The translations under genes were made by a program, and so were the position numbers. This document shows positions 21,271-31,404 of a stretch of 64,000 bases of DNA, piece after piece (position 1 is the stretch's first letter; every line of letters begins with the position of its first letter). Below the pieces are notes generated by a model. That model was not told where the DNA came from. It ran no database searches and was given only the letters and a program-made list of their open reading frames with translations. Source of the DNA: Minisyncoccota bacterium (GTDB lineage: Bacteria; Patescibacteriota; Minisyncoccia; Phycocordibacterales; UBA1550); contig JALNYL010000004.1 in the NCBI GenBank assembly GCA_023229865.1, forward strand, positions 17,773-81,772. Reading direction: 5' to 3'.

Positions 21271-22155
21271 ATGTCATTTTCCGTCACCAAGTTCCTTAAG
21301 GGAATAAAAGAAATAAATTTTAAATATTCATCATTTAGAAAAAATGCCAATGATCACTTGTTGATTAATGGAAATTCTGCGGATGTCCTAAAATCCTTTC
21401 CAAATGAATGTATAGATTTAATTTTTACAGACCCTCCATATAATGCTGATCTTGAGTACGGCTCTACTTATAAAGATAATTTATCTTGGGATGAATATTA
21501 TAAACAAGCAAAGAGCTGGTTCAAAGAGTATAATAGAATTTTGAGCAAGACTGGTTCTGTCTACATAATGAATTATCCAGAGGTTAATGCCCGCTTGCTC
21601 CCTTATCTCACTGACGAACTTGGCTTTAAATTGCAGCGCTGGATTACTTGGCATTACCCCACTAATATTGGGCACTCAAAGAAGAATTTCACAAGAAGTC
21701 AGAGATCTATTCTATTTTTAACAAAAACAAATAATTATACTTTTAATAGAGACAAAATTATTCAACCATATAAAAATGAGAATGTAGGTAAGATTAAAGA
21801 AAGAATTAAAAATGGCTCACGCGGGAGGGGTGCTTATGACATGCTCTCATTTCTTGATTTGCTTGAGATGAGGATTGCGGAAAAAAACTTCAACCCTCTC
21901 GATGTGCATGATGTTAATTTGCTTAAAAATATTTCAAAAGATAGATTGAATGGGAAGCATCCTTGTCAGCTCCCTTTTGAATTAATTAAGCGCTTTATAG
22001 AAGTCAGCTCTAACCCTGGGGATGTTGTTTTGGATCCATTTGCTGGTACTTTCAGTACTTCTTTTGTCGCGTCTGATTTAAAAAGAGCTTCTGTCGGTAT
22101 AGAAATTAATCCAAAATATGTTAGTCTTGGCGTTAAACGAATTAAAAATGGCTAA
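21271..22155 (+). CDS. Beta-class amino (N6-A/N4-C) DNA methyltransferase
   Basis: Motif IV DPPY at the N-terminus, HPCQLP, motif I VLDPFAGTFST, GIEIN; AT-rich. Confidence 0.93.
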   Translation: MSFSVTKFLKGIKEINFKYSSFRKNANDHLLINGNSADVLKSFPNECIDLIFTDPPYNADLEYGSTYKDNLSWDEYYKQAKSWFKEYNRILSKTGSVYIMNYPEVNARLLPYLTDELGFKLQRWITWHYPTNIGHSKKNFTRSQRSILFLTKTNNYTFNRDKIIQPYKNENVGKIKERIKNGSRGRGAYDMLSFLDLLEMRIAEKNFNPLDVHDVNLLKNISKDRLNGKHPCQLPFELIKRFIEVSSNPGDVVLDPFAGTFSTSFVASDLKRASVGIEINPKYVSLGVKRIKNG

Positions 22156-23833
22156 GCAAACGGAACAACAAAAAAAAGAAAAACGACTCAGTAAGAATGT
22201 CTCAAGCACATTTAATAATGCGGGCTTTACTTGTGTGGGCAAAACTAAAGATATTGAAGTCATTGTTGACGGGCAAAAGTCGGATTTTGATAATATTTTT
22301 TATTACGAAAACAATATTATTTTTATAGAGGAGACAACAAATAGTACTTCAGAGCATGTTAGAAAAAAGTATGAATTTTATATGACATGCTGTAATAATA
22401 AAAATTTATTTTTAAATGAACTTAAAAGTAAATTTCCTGGAATTCGTAAGATTGTCACTCAGCACACTCCTTCTGAATTAAATTTTATATATGTTTATAC
22501 GTCATTAAATTCTGTTGATTGTAAATACCAAACAAGATACAAGGAAATATTTTTTTGGGACATAAAACAACTACTATATTTTTTGACCCTGTCTTCTATT
22601 ATTCAGAAAACATCAAAATATGAAATATTTACTGCCCTAGGGATACCTTTGGGGCAACAAATCAGTACCTCTACTTCTCGTGCGGGGTATGATGCAATGA
22701 TACTGCCACAAGTAGCCAGTGGTTTCCCAGATGGGTATCAAATATTCTCATTTTTTATTGATCCAGAAAATTTACTTCAGCAAGCATATGTCCTAAGAAA
22801 ATATGCCTGGTTAGACGCCGATCATTTATATCAAAGGATTTTAGTGAAAAATAAGATAAATGAAATGAGGGGGTACTTAGTTAACGAGAATAGAACATTT
22901 TTGAATAATATTATAGCCACTCTTCCAGATGACGTAAAAATAGATGATGACAAGGGTCACACCATAGCGGATGCAAGTAAATTGCGTGCTGGAGACAGAG
23001 TAAAAATACATATACCAGTTAACTCAAACAACATAGGAATTATTGATGGTCAGCATAGAATATTTGCTTATCACGAAGGTGATGATGTTCATGAGGCTAA
23101 GATATCTAAAATTAGATCAAAAAGACATCTTTTAATTACCGCAATATTATATCCGACGGGGATATCTCAAAAAGATAAGGAAGCCTTTGAGGCAAAGCTT
23201 TTTTTGGAAATAAATGACAAACAAACACCAATTAAGTCATCACTTAAACATGTAATATATACTGTAGTTGATCCATTTTCAGATATAGCTATTTCTAAAA
23301 GAATAGTACAGGAGCTATCAAAAAATGCTCCAATGAATGAAGTATTTGAAACAAATTATTTTGATAAAGGCAAACTTAGCACGACTTCAATCGTTAGTTA
23401 TGGAATAAAATATTTAGCAAAACTTGATGGTACAGACAGTCTTTTTTGTCTTTGGACAAACCCCAAAAAGGATGATTTAAAAAAGAGAAAGAGCCACAAG
23501 TTGCTGGATGCATATATTTCATTTAGTGCTACTCAGTTATCAATATTTTTGAGCGGTTTTAAGAGTGGTATTAATAAAGCAATGTGGACTCATGATCAAA
23601 AAATTAGCAAAGTTTTGACAGCGACTTCTATAAATGGGTTGATTCATTGCTTGAGATTACTTATACAAAATGGTAAGACAGGTGATTTTTTGTACTACAA
23701 TAAAAAGTTCAAGAATATAGAAAAAATAATTAATTTTTCGCCAGGGCAAAATGCAAAAGGAGAGGATTATTTCCCTTATAAATCTAGTCACTGGAAGGCC
23801 TTAGGAGAAGAAATCTACAATAAGTGCTTCTAA
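22148..23833 (+). CDS. DGQHR-domain (DndB-like) protein with possible N-terminal nuclease-like domain
   Basis: YQRIL, IIDGQHRIFAY, FLEINDKQ; overlaps the MTase stop by 8 nt. Confidence 0.88.
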   Translation: MAKQTEQQKKEKRLSKNVSSTFNNAGFTCVGKTKDIEVIVDGQKSDFDNIFYYENNIIFIEETTNSTSEHVRKKYEFYMTCCNNKNLFLNELKSKFPGIRKIVTQHTPSELNFIYVYTSLNSVDCKYQTRYKEIFFWDIKQLLYFLTLSSIIQKTSKYEIFTALGIPLGQQISTSTSRAGYDAMILPQVASGFPDGYQIFSFFIDPENLLQQAYVLRKYAWLDADHLYQRILVKNKINEMRGYLVNENRTFLNNIIATLPDDVKIDDDKGHTIADASKLRAGDRVKIHIPVNSNNIGIIDGQHRIFAYHEGDDVHEAKISKIRSKRHLLITAILYPTGISQKDKEAFEAKLFLEINDKQTPIKSSLKHVIYTVVDPFSDIAISKRIVQELSKNAPMNEVFETNYFDKGKLSTTSIVSYGIKYLAKLDGTDSLFCLWTNPKKDDLKKRKSHKLLDAYISFSATQLSIFLSGFKSGINKAMWTHDQKISKVLTATSINGLIHCLRLLIQNGKTGDFLYYNKKFKNIEKIINFSPGQNAKGEDYFPYKSSHWKALGEEIYNKCF

Positions 23834-23917
23834 AAGGAAATGGGGACAGCCACGGTTCAAAGAAAAAGGGACACCATTCTTTCGTAAATTGTGTGATGCA
23901 ATGTAACCCCAAAAATC

Positions 23918-23946
23918 CTGAATCAGCAGATTCACGTCTTGGACGA
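23918..23946. repeat. 29-bp double-hairpin mini-element, copy 1
   Basis: CTGAATCAGCAGATTCACGTCTTGGACGA. Confidence 0.9.
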
Positions 23947-24125
23947 AATCGTCGTTCTCTACCTCTCAACCATTCAACCCCTCAATCTTTTCATTCCAAC
24001 AATTATTTGCTATCGCAGATAATTGTTGGAATTGGTTTTGCCTACTTTTCGTTTTTGAAACAAGGGGGCGCACTGTCTGCAAAAGGAAAAACAGCTGCCC
24101 ACTTGGGACAGCTGTTCTGAGGCTT

Positions 24126-24365
24126 TTAAAGTTTATTCAAAGCAGAGACATTAGAATCAAGCTTCGAGGCGACCGCCAGTTGTAAAACTGCAACTTTGGC
24201 GGGAATATCCTTTGCCACCAATCGCATCTTTGCCCCCGAGTGTGCTTCGACTAATTGAAGCACGTTGTTGGGGTAAGCGCTTTCGCACTTGTGACACGCA
24301 GTATTTTGGGGGTTATCAATCACGTGCCCCCCACAACTTGGACAAGACAAACCTGCGATAATCAT
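24126..24365 (-). CDS. Small zinc-ribbon hypothetical protein
   Basis: CPSC...CHKC; promoter TTGACT-17-TAGTTT; SD GGAGG. Confidence 0.7.
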   Translation of the reverse strand: MIIAGLSCPSCGGHVIDNPQNTACHKCESAYPNNVLQLVEAHSGAKMRLVAKDIPAKVAVLQLAVASKLDSNVSALNKL

Positions 24366-24506
24366 ATGGATTCCTCCGTTTGGTGATTGAGAACAAGTAT
24401 CCTAATTAGTAAACTACTCTTTTGGAGGAATGAAGTCAAATTATAGAAATAATCTACAGACAGGGGTATAATACTTGTATATCAGCGAGCAATAATTATT
24501 AATAAT

Positions 24507-25229
24507 ATGTTCAATCTTGAAAACAAGGCGGCGAGGACGATTGGGAGTGCGCTCATTTTGAGCGCGGCGGTGTTTGGTGCGTTTTACTACAATGCACAGT
24601 CAGTATCACAGAGCGACGTGCTCTCGGTGACAGGCTCAACCAAGGAGACGGTTGATGCGGATCAGGCAAAGCTCATTATCTCGCTTTTGCGCACAGTTTC
24701 TCAGGGCTCACTTTCTTCGGGCAACATCTCTATTGCGCGCGATCGTGGCATCGTGCGCGCCCTCCTCGCAAAGCATGAAGTTGCTGAGACTGAAATCAGT
24801 GAAGGCCCCGTATCTATGAATCAAATGTATTCAAACGACCAAGCGACAAATCCCCACTACGAACTCCGTCAAACAATCATTGTGCAATCAGCAGACATTC
24901 AAAAGGTTACCAATATCGCCAAGGTAGTACCCGACCTCACAGCGCAGGGCGCGATTGTTTCTGTGGGCTCTCTCGAATACTACTACTCGAAACTCCCCGA
25001 GAAGCGCGTGGCTCTTTTGTCTGGCGCTATTAAAGATGCTCAAGCTCGCGCTCAGATGATTGCCGAGAGTACGGGTCGCAAGGTGGGCAACATCCGCTCG
25101 GCATCAAGTGGGGTAGTACAGGTGCTTCCGATAAACTCTATCGAAGTCTCTGATTACGGCTCATACGACACCTCAAGTATTAAAAAGGACATCATGGTGA
25201 CGGTAAAAGCATCGTTTAGTTTGAAATAA
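24507..25229 (+). CDS. SIMPL (DUF541) domain protein
   Basis: LSVTGS...ADQA, AIKDAQARAQMIA, SDYGSYDTSS..KDIMVTV. Confidence 0.88.
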   Translation: MFNLENKAARTIGSALILSAAVFGAFYYNAQSVSQSDVLSVTGSTKETVDADQAKLIISLLRTVSQGSLSSGNISIARDRGIVRALLAKHEVAETEISEGPVSMNQMYSNDQATNPHYELRQTIIVQSADIQKVTNIAKVVPDLTAQGAIVSVGSLEYYYSKLPEKRVALLSGAIKDAQARAQMIAESTGRKVGNIRSASSGVVQVLPINSIEVSDYGSYDTSSIKKDIMVTVKASFSLK

Positions 25230-25372
25230 TCACCAAAAACCAAAATAACTAAAACAGCGCAATAGGAAGCGATAGCTTCCTATTGCGCTGTTTTAGTTTT
25301 CACTACTTTACTTTCTGCAAAGGAGTATAATGTTTACATATCAGCGTGCGGTAATTTATTTATTAACTACAC

Positions 25373-26161
25373 ATGTTTAATCTACAAGGAAGGGTTGCTT
25401 TAGTTACGGGTGGTCGTCGCGGGATGGGCAAGGCTCATGCTCTTGCGCTTGCGAAGCAGGGGGCAAAGGTTGTCATCACCGACATCAACGTCAATGAGTG
25501 TGAGCTTGTTGCGGACGAGATCCGTGCGGCTGAATCAGCAGATTCACGTCCTGGACGAGAACTAGATGTCTCATGTTTCAATATGGACGTGTCGAACAAA
25601 GTCGATGTGGATGCGGTGTTTGATCAGGTTGTTGAGAAGTACGGTCGTCTCGACATTCTCGTGAACAACGCAGGTATCTATGAGTCGCATCCATTCCTGG
25701 AGCTCACCGAAGAGCAGTGGGACCGCACCATCAGTATCAATTTGAAGGGAGAGTTCCTCGTCGCTCAACGTGCCGCAAAAGAGATGGCGAAGAATAAGTA
25801 CGGTCGCATCATCAATATCGCATCTATCGCAAGTGGCGGGGTGGGTGTTGGTATTGCAGGTGGTGCACACTACACCGCATCAAAGGGTGGCATCATCGCC
25901 CTCACGGAGACGATGGCTATCGAGCTCGCGCCTCTCGGTATTAATGTAAATGCTATTGGCCCCGGCGCTATCAATACTCCTATGGCAGATGCAACAAAAA
26001 TGCCAAAAGAATATATGGATGCAATCCTCGCAGGGGTCCCACTCAAGCGCATGGGTGAATCAAACGAAGTTGCGGCGGCAGTTGTCTTCCTCGCATCCGA
26101 AGAAGCAAGCTACGTGACGGGCGCAACGCTCTACGTCGATGGTGGCTGGCTCGCAGCGTAG
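25373..26161 (+). CDS. Short-chain dehydrogenase/reductase (FabG-like) carrying an in-frame insertion
   Basis: TGGRRGMG, NNAG, YTASK, VDGG; insertion read as ESADSRPGR. Confidence 0.93.
   Translation: MFNLQGRVALVTGGRRGMGKAHALALAKQGAKVVITDINVNECELVADEIRAAESADSRPGRELDVSCFNMDVSNKVDVDAVFDQVVEKYGRLDILVNNAGIYESHPFLELTEEQWDRTISINLKGEFLVAQRAAKEMAKNKYGRIINIASIASGGVGVGIAGGAHYTASKGGIIALTETMAIELAPLGINVNAIGPGAINTPMADATKMPKEYMDAILAGVPLKRMGESNEVAAAVVFLASEEASYVTGATLYVDGGWLAA
25530..25558. repeat. 29-bp double-hairpin mini-element, copy 2 (inside SDR CDS)
   Basis: CTGAATCAGCAGATTCACGTCCTGGACGA, one difference from the other copies. Confidence 0.9.
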
Positions 26162-26305
26162 GCCACAAAAAACAAACAGGGCGCGACCAAAGGTCGCGCC
26201 CTGTTTTGTTTTTGTAGACAATCCCGTCAGGGTGTGATAGTTTTCTCTCTGGCGTCAAAAGTTTAAAGCTTTTGATTTTTAGTACGTTACATGGAGAAAG
26301 TATAT

Positions 26306-26806
26306 ATGGCAAAGGTAATTTCGTATTCTGTGAATGTTCCGACCCCCGCCTCGGCGCTTGAAAAGGCCATAATGATGATCGATCCCAGTATCGCGCATCG
26401 GGTGTGTGGCTTCCGAATCGTCAAAGGCTCACGTAATGACAAAAGTGGGATGACGGTGAGCTTCTTTATTGAGAAGCCTGAAGATCTCGAACTCATCTCA
26501 AAATCATGGGACTTTGATACGGTTTCTTTTGAAGGTCAGTATGTCTTGAACATATTCCTTCGCTTCAAATCAAATCACTTCTTGAATGAAGCTCCCGACA
26601 TCAATGGCTTTATGCTCGAATGGTCGGCGGCATTGACGAAGTGGGTAAGTGTCCAGAGCGTCAATGTTTACCAAGCGCTCCTGTTTCACCCCGTTCGGTC
26701 AGTGGAATGTCTCATCGACGAAGAGGGGGAAGTGAAGATGCGAGTAAAGCTCGCACTCAAGGAAAAGATTCATCCCACGCTGTGGAATCTCCAAATAGTG
26801 TCATAA
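26306..26806 (+). CDS. Hypothetical protein
   Basis: Long ORF; SD GGAG before MAKVIS; promoter TAGACA-17-TAGTTT; terminator follows. Confidence 0.65.
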   Translation: MAKVISYSVNVPTPASALEKAIMMIDPSIAHRVCGFRIVKGSRNDKSGMTVSFFIEKPEDLELISKSWDFDTVSFEGQYVLNIFLRFKSNHFLNEAPDINGFMLEWSAALTKWVSVQSVNVYQALLFHPVRSVECLIDEEGEVKMRVKLALKEKIHPTLWNLQIVS

Positions 26807-26915
26807 AAAGGCGCAGCCAATTGGTTTTTACCAATTGGCTGCTTTGTTTTTTCGTGCAACAATTTGGCGTTTTGGTCAAAATAATGTATGGTAGGGGAAC
26901 TAAATATCATTATAT

Positions 26916-28388
26916 ATGGCAAAAGGCGACGTAATAATCCGTTTCGAAGATGTCTCGTTTGAGTACGGGCACAACAAACCTATTCTTGAGGAGGTTTCTT
27001 TCCCTATTCGTCAGGGCTCAAAGCTCACCCTTATGGGCCAAAACGGCGCAGGGAAGTCATCACTCTTTGGGCTCATTATGGAGACCAACAAACCAACCGA
27101 TGGCGATATTCATATCGTGCGCGGTACTTCTGTGGCTATTTCTCGCCAGGTGATTCCTCGTGACCAGCTCGACCTCACGGTTCGTGAATTTTTTGAAAAG
27201 TGTTTCGCGAAGAAGATGTACGACATCGATCCAAAGATTGATGAAGTGCTTGAGGTGGTAAATTTGAAGGGACACGAAAAGCTCCACGACCGTATTGTGA
27301 AGTCATTTTCTGGTGGACAGCAAGCACGCCTCCTTCTCGCATCAGCACTCATTCAGGATCCCGACGTACTTCTTCTCGACGAACCAACCAACAACCTCGA
27401 CAAGGCAGGCATCGCGCACCTCACCAAGTTCCTTCAGGAATACAAAAAAACGGTCATCGTCATTTCTCACGATGCAGAATTCTTGAACCTGTTTACCGAA
27501 GGCGTGCTCTATCTCAATGTGTACACGCGCAAAGTTGAGCAGTATGTGGGCAACTATTTCGACGTGGTAAAGCAGATCACGGCGCAGATCGAAAAGGAGA
27601 ATATGAAGAACGCTCAGCTCGCAAAAGAGATTCAGGCCAATAAGGACAAGGCAAACTTCTTTGCAATGAAGGGAGGACAGATGCGTATGGTGGCAAAGCG
27701 TATGCGTGAGAAGGCAGAGGAAATGGAAGAGGCGAAAGTTGATATCCGCAAGGAAGACAAAACGATTCGTCCCTTCACTATCCCTGCACAACCAGAAATC
27801 ACGGGAGCCATCCTCGAGCTTTCTTCATACACTGTGCTCAAAAACCACAAGCCCGTAGAGTGTACAACCAAGATTTCTCTCAAGCGCAAGCACCACCTCC
27901 TCCTTCAGGGGCCAAACGGCATCGGCAAATCGACACTCCTTGAGTCTATTGCAGCAGGCAAGGTGAAGGATATGAAGATTGCTGAGGGTATTCGCGTAGG
28001 ATACTACCGTCAGGATTTTTCAACACTTGATTTCAATGACACCGTGTATCAGTCGCTCGCTCGCGCAGCGCAGGCCGTCGACGGCAGACTTGATGAGGAA
28101 CGTATGCGCGCAACCGCAGCAAGCTTCCTTATTACCAGTGATATTATCTATACCAAAATCGGCAGTCTTTCAGAAGGGCAGAAGGGTCTTGTGGCATTTG
28201 CTCAGCTCGTTCTCGAGAAACCAGGCCTCCTCATTCTCGACGAGCCGACCAACCACATCAACTTCCGTCATTTGCCCGTCATAGCAAAGGCGCTCGACCA
28301 ATACGAAGGCGCGATGATTCTCGTTTCTCACGTCCCCGAGTTTGTCCACCAGATTCGCATCGACGAGGTGCTCGATTTGGAGAAGTAG
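26916..28388 (+). CDS. ABC-F family ATPase
   Basis: Two ABC domains (GQNGAGKS; GPNGIGKST), LDEPTN twice, no TM. Confidence 0.93.
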   Translation: MAKGDVIIRFEDVSFEYGHNKPILEEVSFPIRQGSKLTLMGQNGAGKSSLFGLIMETNKPTDGDIHIVRGTSVAISRQVIPRDQLDLTVREFFEKCFAKKMYDIDPKIDEVLEVVNLKGHEKLHDRIVKSFSGGQQARLLLASALIQDPDVLLLDEPTNNLDKAGIAHLTKFLQEYKKTVIVISHDAEFLNLFTEGVLYLNVYTRKVEQYVGNYFDVVKQITAQIEKENMKNAQLAKEIQANKDKANFFAMKGGQMRMVAKRMREKAEEMEEAKVDIRKEDKTIRPFTIPAQPEITGAILELSSYTVLKNHKPVECTTKISLKRKHHLLLQGPNGIGKSTLLESIAAGKVKDMKIAEGIRVGYYRQDFSTLDFNDTVYQSLARAAQAVDGRLDEERMRATAASFLITSDIIYTKIGSLSEGQKGLVAFAQLVLEKPGLLILDEPTNHINFRHLPVIAKALDQYEGAMILVSHVPEFVHQIRIDEVLDLEK

Positions 28389-28402
28389 GGTATACTGTAG
28401 GG

Positions 28403-28714
28403 ATGGAAAACTTTGGATTTAAAATTATTGAGTCGGAGAAGTCACGCGATATGCGTCCCGAAATCGCAGAGATTGCGACACAACTTGAGGCCTCAGAGGA
28501 CAATTACTCAAACGCTCTCACTGACCTGGAGTCAGAGGACAAGGGTGTCCGTGAAGAAGCGATGATATATCTCGGTCGTCAGGAGGAATATTTAATAAAC
28601 GCTGCCGATACATTTGTACGCATCGGATTTGATACTCCCGAGGAGCGTGATACCGAGAGTGCTGTACGTGCTCGCCTCGGTATTATTTTGGAAAAACTTA
28701 GTACTCTCGAATAG
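28403..28714 (+). CDS. Acidic hypothetical protein
   Basis: ORF with TATACT 6 nt upstream of the ATG. Confidence 0.6.
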   Translation: MENFGFKIIESEKSRDMRPEIAEIATQLEASEDNYSNALTDLESEDKGVREEAMIYLGRQEEYLINAADTFVRIGFDTPEERDTESAVRARLGIILEKLSTLE

Positions 28715-28808
28715 CGATTACAATATTTTCACGAACAAAAACTCGCTGGTAATACCTGCGAGTTTTTGCTAGTCTCAAGGGAGATAATTCTTTATAGAGG
28801 AGAAGGTT

Positions 28809-29660
28809 ATGAATTCATTGTTTCCACTTACGCACGGTGAGTCGTTGCCCGAGGTATATCATCTCAGTTTCAATGGTACCCACTTTGAGGTCTTTGTGAG
28901 TCAGGCATATTGGGAAAAGTTTGTGAAGTTTGCCAGCGAAACGCAATTCCCCAAGAACATGGGACCGACATATGTTCCGCCGTCTATGATCAAGCCAACG
29001 TTTGGCTTCCATGGTTGCGCAGAAATAACGCAGACCTTTGACGGACTTACTTGCCTCAAGGTTCCTGCTCTCTTGGTCCCTAATGATGAGGAGAACCCCG
29101 CAAACAACATGCGCGCATTTGGAGAAACACTTTCGAGTATCTTCATTATTCTGAATCATTTGATTTACAATTCTTTTGAAGAAAAAGAGATCTGTAACTC
29201 AGGGGACCTTCCGCAGTTGTTTGCGCTCGAGACGTTCATAAGTCACGAAGCAAGATTTCATGGAGCGGGATTTTCATTTTCGATTTCACATCGAGCACTA
29301 AAATATCTCGAGGCTCTCGGTATACGTCATCTTCCTCGAGCGATTGAGTCTATGGAACATCATTTCTTTGCTCAGTCGCGTCGCGACGACGATGATGATG
29401 ATAATAATAATAACAGGCGATTATTCCGTGGTTCTATGGAATGTCGCTTGCGGGAGTATGGGACACTTCATATGCACACCGTAGGCAACTGTGCGTGTCT
29501 TGGTGTTATGCCACGGGACTTTGGTCGTGACGGCTGCGGACTTTCGACACACAATGTAGACACGATCTCTCAGCAGTTCAATCTGCTTGTGGGTATCTCT
29601 TACGTCTGGCAGATGGTGCGTGAAGGGATTCACACGGGAGAGCCACCAAGTCTTGATTGA
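28809..29660 (+). CDS. Hypothetical protein, paralog of 29777..30613
   Basis: Shared LPEVYHL..NGTHFE, MGPTYxPPS, FGFxGCA, QQFNLLVG..VWQxVRxGI. Confidence 0.78.
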   Translation: MNSLFPLTHGESLPEVYHLSFNGTHFEVFVSQAYWEKFVKFASETQFPKNMGPTYVPPSMIKPTFGFHGCAEITQTFDGLTCLKVPALLVPNDEENPANNMRAFGETLSSIFIILNHLIYNSFEEKEICNSGDLPQLFALETFISHEARFHGAGFSFSISHRALKYLEALGIRHLPRAIESMEHHFFAQSRRDDDDDDNNNNRRLFRGSMECRLREYGTLHMHTVGNCACLGVMPRDFGRDGCGLSTHNVDTISQQFNLLVGISYVWQMVREGIHTGEPPSLD

Positions 29661-29776
29661 GGTAATATTCAAACCGCGCGCGAGTAAGTCTCGCTCGCGG
29701 TTTTTGTTTTGGCAGCTTGTATTTTATAGAACTTTTAGGTAGTCTCAAAGAAGAACATTCTTTTAAGGAGGCTACT

Positions 29777-30613
29777 GTGGAACACAATCCAGTTATTGAA
29801 AGCTACAATTTGCCTGAGGTGTATCATCTTGGTTACAACGGCACGCACTTTGAGATTTGTCTGAATCCGACCTATTGGGATAAGTACATCAGACTTGCGG
29901 GAGCAGGGACTCCCTACGCAACAAAAATGGGACCGACATATATTCCACCGTCTATCTTTGGTGGAAAGTTTGGTTTCTATGGTTGTGCTACGGTGATCAA
30001 TACCCCTGAGGGTTTCTCGTGTATCCGGATTCCTGCACTCACTGAGAAGGGTGAACAAGACTTAAAGATGTCGCTCCATACATTTGGTGCGACGCTCTCA
30101 AGCGTTTTGTTTTGCTTGAATCATCTCCTTTATCTTGCACATGATGCGAAGGAGAAGGCGATGCCAGGGGAGAACTTCCAGTTGTTTGCAGTCAGGACTC
30201 ATGTGGGCCATAACCCAGCATTTCACAAGGTGAACCTTTCGCTCGCTACCTCTCTTTTGTCGATCGAGTTTCTCACCCGCTTTGGGAGCGAGTATTCGTT
30301 TTTGGATACGACAGAAGAAATGGAAGACCACTACATCACACAAGTAGCTCGTGACGGAGAAGTGGTGCGCTTGCTCCCCAGAGCAGTGGAGTGCCATTTC
30401 TACAACTATGGCGCACTCTTCTTCCGTACGATTGGTGGCGAGAGAGTCACCCTAGAAGTCCTCCCTGAGGATTTTAGTAACAAGATGCGTTGCCTCTCTG
30501 GTCGTAATGTTGAAACCGTCCTCCAGCAATTCAACCTCTTGGTCGGGGTGGCGTCCGTATGGCAGCTCGTCCGCGACGGTATTCGTTTAGGGGAATTGCC
30601 GACTTTTTCTTGA
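29777..30613 (+). CDS. Hypothetical protein, paralog of 28809..29660
   Basis: GTG start after AAGGAGG; same motifs and a related terminator. Confidence 0.78.
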   Translation: MEHNPVIESYNLPEVYHLGYNGTHFEICLNPTYWDKYIRLAGAGTPYATKMGPTYIPPSIFGGKFGFYGCATVINTPEGFSCIRIPALTEKGEQDLKMSLHTFGATLSSVLFCLNHLLYLAHDAKEKAMPGENFQLFAVRTHVGHNPAFHKVNLSLATSLLSIEFLTRFGSEYSFLDTTEEMEDHYITQVARDGEVVRLLPRAVECHFYNYGALFFRTIGGERVTLEVLPEDFSNKMRCLSGRNVETVLQQFNLLVGVASVWQLVRDGIRLGELPTFS

Positions 30614-30676
30614 ATCATTCAAACCGCGTGGCGCGTAATTCGCCCGCGGTTTTTTCTTTTGTGCTAAAATATTCCC

Positions 30677-31240
30677 ATGGATACATTTGCTCATGGACTC
30701 TGGGCGGGCGCGCTCGCAAAAGGTCTCAACAAAAGAGGGGAGAAACACCGTCGTCTCAATGTGTGGGCGACGGCGCTCTGGGGAGTCTTCCCTGATATTT
30801 TTGCATTCGGGCTACCGTTTATTTTTGTTGTGTGGAGTGTGGTATTTGGCGGTTCATCGTTTGCAGATTTTGGAGGACACCCTCCCGTCGCTGAGCCGAT
30901 GAGCGGAGACACGCTCGCGGTATTCCAGCTCTCAAATGCTTTTTATAATGTGAGCCACAGCCTCGTTGTTTTTGCGGTAGTGTTTTTTAGTGTCTGGGTG
31001 CACTTTAAAGAGTTTCGTCTCGAGCTTCTTGGGTGGTTTGTACATATTCTTATCGATATTCCTACCCACACATACGCTTTTTTCCCGACCCCTGTCTTTT
31101 GGCCGATTTTCGATTGGAAGTTTGATGGATTTTCTTGGGGTCAGCCGTGGTTTATGATTCTCAACTATACACTTCTTTTATTGGTGTACGGTGCGCTCAT
31201 TGCAAAGCGGGGGAAGGGAGAGTTTGACAAGAAAGCATAA
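30677..31240 (+). CDS. Membrane-bound metal-dependent hydrolase (YdjM-like)
   Basis: HGLW, FPD, SHSL and HILIDIPTH motifs within TM segments. Confidence 0.75.
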   Translation: MDTFAHGLWAGALAKGLNKRGEKHRRLNVWATALWGVFPDIFAFGLPFIFVVWSVVFGGSSFADFGGHPPVAEPMSGDTLAVFQLSNAFYNVSHSLVVFAVVFFSVWVHFKEFRLELLGWFVHILIDIPTHTYAFFPTPVFWPIFDWKFDGFSWGQPWFMILNYTLLLLVYGALIAKRGKGEFDKKA

Positions 31241-31404
31241 ATAGTCTATAGTAGTAGCAACTTCATCTCATAGAGTTTTTGTCCAGGCACTACGCCTGAA
31301 AAGGGGTTGTCCTAAAAGCACATTCTTCGCATTACACAGAGGCTTCAGAGAATTAACGAAGAATTAATTATCGTCTGTAAAAACAGACTCTTTTAGAACA
31401 ATAT

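Noticed and set aside
22148-23833. Dnd phosphorothioation system (DGQHR protein plus cysteine desulfurase)
   Set aside because: No dndC/D/E in the window; the desulfurase is about 30 kb away in a housekeeping context.
23784-24120. Short ORFs spanning mini-element copy 1
   Set aside because: No convincing start signals or motifs; treated as intergenic.
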